Virus record (IMG/VR): IMGVR_UViG_3300042445_001207
Location: 1-27,241 of that record
DNA: 27,241 nucleotides
Reading direction: 5' to 3' (one strand)
Source: a virus
Lineage: Duplodnaviria; Caudoviricetes
In this document: in pieces, positions 26,301 to 27,241 of the stretch
How positions within the stretch are numbered: position 1 is the stretch's first letter
Layout of the letters: every line of letters starts with the position of its first letter
Position numbers and translations under genes: made by a program
Notes under the pieces: generated by a model
Database searches by the model: none
Told to the model about the DNA's origin: nothing
Seen by the model: the letters and a program-made list of their open reading frames with translations, nothing else

Positions 26301-27241
26301 CAACTAGTTCAACATTTGTTACTAGTGACTATACCAAATATTCAGCAAATAATTTCAGTAATGCAAATGATCGTATCATGGCCTACTACGATCCAACTAA
26401 TACGATGCCGGCCAAAGATCTAAATCAATTGATCTATGGCATAGAATATCCTGGTGTTAAAATACAGGGATTAGATTTTAATCAGCAACCAGGATTCAGT
26501 GGTGAGATCCGTGCTAATATTACATTCAATACTGCTATAAGTACCGCTGTTGGTGAAGTGATTACTCAACCAGAAGCAGATATTATCCTAAACTTTAGTA
26601 ATGTTATCACAGCCAATATTGGTCAAACTATCAGTCAATATCAAGGTGCTGGTATATATGCTAATGTCACAGTATATGGTAATACCATGTCAAATGGAGT
26701 TACACAAGGTAATATAACTAGTTCACTGACTGGATATTTCCTTAAAAACGATGAGTTCACATTTAACGCCACAAACCAAATTAAGATAGACAACGTATCA
26801 CAGTTTAGTAATGTATTTGTTGCCAATGCAAATGTAATATTATCTTATTGGTCTAATCTTGCTATCAAACCAATATCATCTACAGTAGGTGGAATAGTAT
26901 CGGTTGAAACTGCTGTGCCAGATGCCGCTATCACAGTAACAAGAGTTTGGTCCAGTGTTAAGATACAAGGTACTATTAGTTCATCATCAGACTTTATCGT
27001 TGGTAACGTCGCAGCCGCTAGCCTAAGGAATGGCAATGTTAAAATTGGTAGTACTTGGGCTACAGTATATCCAATACAAGTAGATTATATTAGTACTACT
27101 TTAGGTACACCATTTGACAGTGGCGATTACGACAATATTGACTATGACGAAGATGGCAATCCGATAGTCAGTGAAAACAGTATTGATACTATCATCCGTA
27201 GTACTTACTTAGACACCGCATTAGGCACACGTGCTGAAGAC
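14324..27241 (+). CDS. Giant multidomain virion/baseplate protein (>=4306 aa, 3' end beyond the window); positional analogue of the gp7 wedge initiator
   Basis: Starts ATG GCC GCA AGA (MAARKSINLLPGVFRTEVNEKFLSATLDQLI). The same frame is open in every segment I translated, including the last line (IDTIIRSTYLDTALGTRAED). The ORF track lists no plus-strand ORF here, as expected if no stop is reached. It follows gp6. Confidence 0.9.
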   Translation, partial: MAARKSINLLPGVFRTEVNEKFLSATLDQLISEPSLKNLYGYIGRKFAPTFAQADSYITEDSDQRQNYQLEPATIIKDLDGNTTFFASYIDFLDKIKYYGGFVNDHSRLFSSEYYSFDPKISYDKFVNFGQYYWLPNGPASVQVNTSGVELVKTFIVTRNDDTNSYDFTSDGVTNNTLILARGGTYIFTVNQSSRFYIQSELGIDGLLNVSPTISSRDVLGVTNNGATSGNIIFNVPQKNAQDRYLAMTLVASVDYAVPLAFSNIQNRLLGDFVTDYPQYAGLTGSLDGKTVIFVDQNLLTNFGEEAWTVAGEEDSVSITYDKGSVVPDALRYGVWKIQLIPTGSDYLINAYPFIAVAIDQKVYIRYGLVNANQEFYKEFTGFFERMPLITATANNLVIQDSLRSDIYTKIKIVDPSGFNIDVEDDILGELNYTSPNGVEFTSGLKIQFDTDVTPAAYQGNTYIVENVGNSIRLVDIDLLVKPEPFNDELATNYPVQQIVLSLATNAIIPGGTVITVGSFTIETNKETALGAIKITTLNSVDAITKGMTVTGNGITSGTTVYDAFAETVFPDYITIKRDALDLNAWSRNNCWYHVDVIKATAEYNNDVLILDQRLRAQRPIVQFEDDLQLFNHGRIGKRYIDILDTNITDAFNQLEGQLVDDGGTITYVPQPAPNPAEVYYDGVLVGTADTVNFIGEGAFGVTLFNGMRVLFAEDEDPLVRDKIYVLNLVQFEVDTLGRPTGAKRIKLTIADDGDAAEWDSVVVKLGEYKGSAWWYNGVNWLESQQKTALQQDPLFDVYDSNGVSLSDINYYPRSTFVGTRVFGYQRNTSGADDAVLGFTLSYRSFQSQGDILFSNYFNTDTFEYVVDQETINENISIGFLQSINDRTTTVAKNTWRTVIEPSRQYQLITFEYDGTNSPFVLDITPNAQNVHGTTNTIPYVKVYQNKTFLKQDKWTLSTDDKLTLLTTLAVGDTVDVEIYSTEISTLGHYAIPLNLDLNAQNVDITDLTLGQIRNHVVELSRNSTNIVGDVLGACNLRDLEIKSQGGTILQHSAPLPYAQLFLLDQQANFIDSVKLAQREYTKFKNKFLELAASLPGIDPTDPIASVDLIITQINLNKTPTMPWFYSDMVPYGTLKNTITYTVFDPFVLSYEITTVFSSVTLTNTAVLVYLNNVQLILGIDYTFDTLRPAITINDTVITLAVDDIITLVEYTNTDGSYIPETPSKLGTYPKFKPEIVADDTYRSTINVIRGHDGSITPAFNDYRDNFLLELEKRIYNNIKLPDSGTYQDIFSVLPGKFRDNGYSYTELWNILSKNFLTWVGNNRIADFSENNIFESSEQFTWNYSRFTDRLDSESMVGSWRAVYLYFYDTIYPHTRPWEMLGFSTRPNWWEDFYGPGPYTGGNKLLWDDLEAGRIRDGQRATENLGYGVGIDPKYRRPGLSQVIPVDDNGYLLSPAQVIAKAAVGKNAATAWAVGQLGPVEWAWRTSSEYPYAVQQAVALAKPGLYFGQFIDTYRIQYNSVLGQYLTDGNHHVRQTDITYNGDNSSGTVIRSAGYLNWIADYLRNLGINPSTKITNMLQNYNVKLAYKMAGYSDKKYLQILAEQSSPTSTNASIILPEENYDVVLYKSTPVDTVTYSAVIVEKTTNGFTVRGYDLNSPYFTIIPSVVNNNGYKITVLNSSGTVFNDYRKIKLTVPYGYEFKTTQQVVDFLISYERYLISQGFTFNDRDGDLGETRNFKLSVKEFLFWSQQGWKAGTLLVMSPVTNSINLVTVGNIVDEVSDSQHGSKIVDQNFNLVKKTGYQVLRNAAGFKVTLADDNVLALVKLDLVQFEHVLTFDNTTVFNDVIYKPELGNRQYRLKLIGQKTDLWDGSLYAPGFIYNNKTVQPWIAGKDYLKGELVEFKDQYYVALSNVAASTEFLYAFWKQLSSSEIQTGLLNNFSTLAVGSKSFYDSYGTLRDNDQLAYSHGLIGFKPRQYLADLGVSDTTQIEFYKGYIRQKGSTNAVDALTKARFNNLSGNISLYEEWAVRIGEYGAVDSNPYIEISLDEQIFSVNPAVAEFVDVGDSNLGDGLTVFNKSQLYKSTDDFNGNIALNRDNYSDYDNDILTAGYVHLEDVSTTIYDIANYTELNDQLADIGAGYTIWCAKDFSGKWNVYRVSETNNSTTNLSNALDGFITWTMTTPHGLAQNDIFLIRGFNNNFNGFYQVYAVLDLNRVTVRYQGAAENLDDLNTLTGNGILFVLNSLRFTYMEDSRVYGLTNPLNRWRVGEKIWIDEDAATDSIQGQPYDTPSGGWKVYEKTEPWSYDQTLIKSSGDYKANDGFGTSVKLSYDGLLAAVGSPYANSLPYYSGGVEEITGRVNTFDKNYAGLFVNGFTLVPTAGNAAVTNREFGHSVDQAIGKVAIGAPGSYANIGLVYVYNRVAGTTDFSKPSIIWSGNAISGAGDRFGSSISFDENGTWLYVGAPGNDRVYVYGLNKYLSTQEQIIAVNNRNIIRLSGNISIANLATISNPDNGATATVLSFTGNTFLDSQWAANIVVSTLTGFTEGNISANIYVNDFNSGLYANLLFTFSNTSTITTSFVPEITGIAESLLVTNSNRVFIPNLDYTVSGTLITFTNNLTQDVYAIKQQPYYALSNTIQGPSGSNFGYSMDSSLDGAQLGVGAPSANVFVGNSWIQAAGAVYVYDRVIEAFESTGLLDYTTTGTIETTVRRVTIDNVEVTNYTIPGGPGSNTIRFINPPALGKTIYIETNQFNLLEQLIGVDSLEGGTDAIQANAAFGTDLTICSNNCAIYVGAPYYNAGTNYNTGAVWKFHNRGRLYGTNNGYTVNPIFTPGDTLRLDNFEITVQGRLMPTTFDANTASTIANIASLYVSANILALSSNIVANVGQIISQNLGSGYYANVVVLANTTPSSSNTVVGSKFITVGGNIRLSGQLTANVFNYGPGNVVTLYANASSGYSGTVSTAYPMASLDSLIKDINDAELLGISAVNENNTLRLNTNKTVAKNLLRVLTGTNSLGSAGVYAALDMKIFAFMQIIVNPYNTPGEYFGNKVVLAQNAYMLVIGSERGTTRSYARFDVVTTSNVAIATTTLDVDSTRFFDSVSGSGSVYIYELYDDPRDEVEAPGRYSFAQQLRVPNLDPDNLDDELNIGDRFGAAIDIIGTNIIVSAPSDDTIDIDGNPLTKDNAGSIYIFANPAMTRGWNLIRYQEDKVDVDSVNRIFLYSNQTNTILTNLEFIDPAKGKILGLADQEITYKTEYDPAVYNRGTNANSNYYWGAEQVNQVWWNLSQVRFIDYEQGSLTYRSINWGRLFPGSIIEVCEWVESSVLPSQYIEAGFDGRPKYADNSQYVEIVRVDPNTNIIGSTYYFWVTNKTSLTGNDPTRTLPIQSVANYINDPKGQGIAYAAIIKKDAIILYNVGNYLSAQNTILHLDYDMLKNTNVIHSEYELIQKSNPVSLIPEKISSKMIDSLSGIDTLGRIVPDPRLSLADQYGISVRPRQSMFNDRLRAMSDLIEYVNDILITKPIARQYDLTTLSAEEVQPSLKLGEYDLAIATEADLDYIDTASLSAGYRVLVEQNTEQDNLWTLHELQSDDTWDIVRVQSYKSSLYWEYVDWYAEGFSSNEVIEYVVETLPDALKLPVAVGDEVLVKVNSSTGGGFNLLTVLGDGSFSVVGIENGTIQLKTSLSNFADNGIGLGNQGFDSSRFDQSPNIEIRYILEGLKNDIFINELQGTYNNLFFVMMNYLLSEQKYVDWLFKTSFVSVTHNLRALTQPANYIKDNITYYENYINEVKPYITKIREYLTNYDGNDNFEGSVTDFDLAPYYDTDTKIFRSPDGTFIEKDQQLWATGYLTSNRGLINQDYTQWYKNRNFYVDEIIITNPGSGYVVEPTITITGGGANVQATATAEIDGDTGTITSITVVTPGNGYYLTPTVTINGSADTEATAYAVLRNNQLRTFDTTLKFDRISYGTTVDQWAANTFFSANTIVSYNGQGYRVISNITTSSTFVTSDYTKYSANNFSNANDRIMAYYDPTNTMPAKDLNQLIYGIEYPGVKIQGLDFNQQPGFSGEIRANITFNTAISTAVGEVITQPEADIILNFSNVITANIGQTISQYQGAGIYANVTVYGNTMSNGVTQGNITSSLTGYFLKNDEFTFNATNQIKIDNVSQFSNVFVANANVILSYWSNLAIKPISSTVGGIVSVETAVPDAAITVTRVWSSVKIQGTISSSSDFIVGNVAAASLRNGNVKIGSTWATVYPIQVDYISTTLGTPFDSGDYDNIDYDEDGNPIVSENSIDTIIRSTYLDTALGTRAED
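21281..23885 (+). repeat. Seven FG-GAP-like (integrin-alpha-type beta-propeller) protein repeats
   Basis: FG starts at 21281 (FGTSV..VGSP), 21485 (FGHSV..IGAPG), 21653 (FGSSI..VGAPG), 22250 (FGYSM..VGAP), 22643 (FGTDL..VGAP), 23450 (FGNKV..IGSE), and 23765 (FGAAI..VSAP). Each is followed by a G.VYVY-like strand. Confidence 0.85.
22934..23035 (+). repeat. 34-aa internal duplication, copy 1 (copy 2 at 26585-26686)
   Basis: ILALSSNIVANVGQIISQNLGSGYYANVVVLANT vs ILNFSNVITANIGQTISQYQGAGIYANVTVYGNT: 20/34 identical, ungapped, counted by hand. Confidence 0.8.
25922..26145 (+). repeat. Two tandem 'I.v.NPGSGY...PT.TI.G....ATA.A' repeats
   Basis: IIITNPGSGYVVEPTITITGGGANVQATATA and ITVVTPGNGYYLTPTVTINGSADTEATAYA. 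This repeat type is familiar from baseplate/structural proteins of T4-like marine and freshwater phages. Confidence 0.75.
26585..26686 (+). repeat. 34-aa internal duplication, copy 2
   Basis: See 22934-23035. Confidence 0.8.

Larger units (their letters stand above)
1..27241. other. Segment of a large T4-like/jumbo myophage genome (late sigma and recombination arm plus baseplate arm)
   Basis: Co-occurrence of gp55-, gp47-, gp53-, gp5-, gp25- and gp6-like proteins, T4-type TATAAATA late motifs, very dense coding, and no integrase or host housekeeping genes. Confidence 0.93.

Noticed and set aside
16363-27036. Minus-strand ORFs of 61-109 aa listed across the right half
   Set aside because: They are antisense shadows of the giant plus-strand ORF, with no recognisable motifs or expression signals.
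1-27241. Stop-codon reassignment (TAG/TGA), known in some large phages
   Set aside because: Long genes are intact in the standard code, including a frame of more than 4300 codons, and TAG/TGA terminate genes at sensible overlapping junctions (622, 1424).
1-27241. tRNAs, CRISPR arrays, introns/inteins, homing endonucleases, DGR repeats, intrinsic terminators
   Set aside because: Intergenic gaps are at most 71 bp. I saw no nucleotide-level repeat arrays, splice or intein motifs, reverse transcriptase, or GC hairpin plus U-tract by eye. Subtle cases cannot be excluded without computation.

Overview
This window is a 27.2-kb segment of a large lytic myophage with T4-like (jumbo-phage-style) gene content. 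It has two divergent arms that meet at a 71-bp intergenic region (4068-4138). The leftward (minus) arm encodes a gp55-like late sigma factor, a gp47/Mre11-like nuclease, and a tightly overlapping AT-rich trio of putative modification proteins: sulfotransferase-like, radical SAM, and a degenerate SGNH-like ORF that runs off the left edge. The rightward (plus) arm is a baseplate operon: a tube/initiator-like protein, gp53/LysM-like, a gp27-like hub, a gp5-like spike with a C-terminal lysozyme-like domain, gp25, gp6, and a giant ORF of at least 4306 codons from 14324 that runs off the right edge and is missing from the ORF track. The main observations are: (1) an apparently bipartite late promoter, AA(C/G)TA(C/G)-N17-TAAATA, at three structural-gene starts; (2) one of these is interdigitated with the sigma70-type promoter of the late sigma gene itself; (3) a seven-bladed FG-GAP propeller with inserted domains in the giant protein; (4) dense [A/G/S]-N-[I/V/L/T] tripeptides in those inserts, possibly modification sequons; (5) a probable leaderless gp47 transcript. 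Family calls come from motif recognition by eye; no database search was run. I saw no tRNA, CRISPR array or mobile element.
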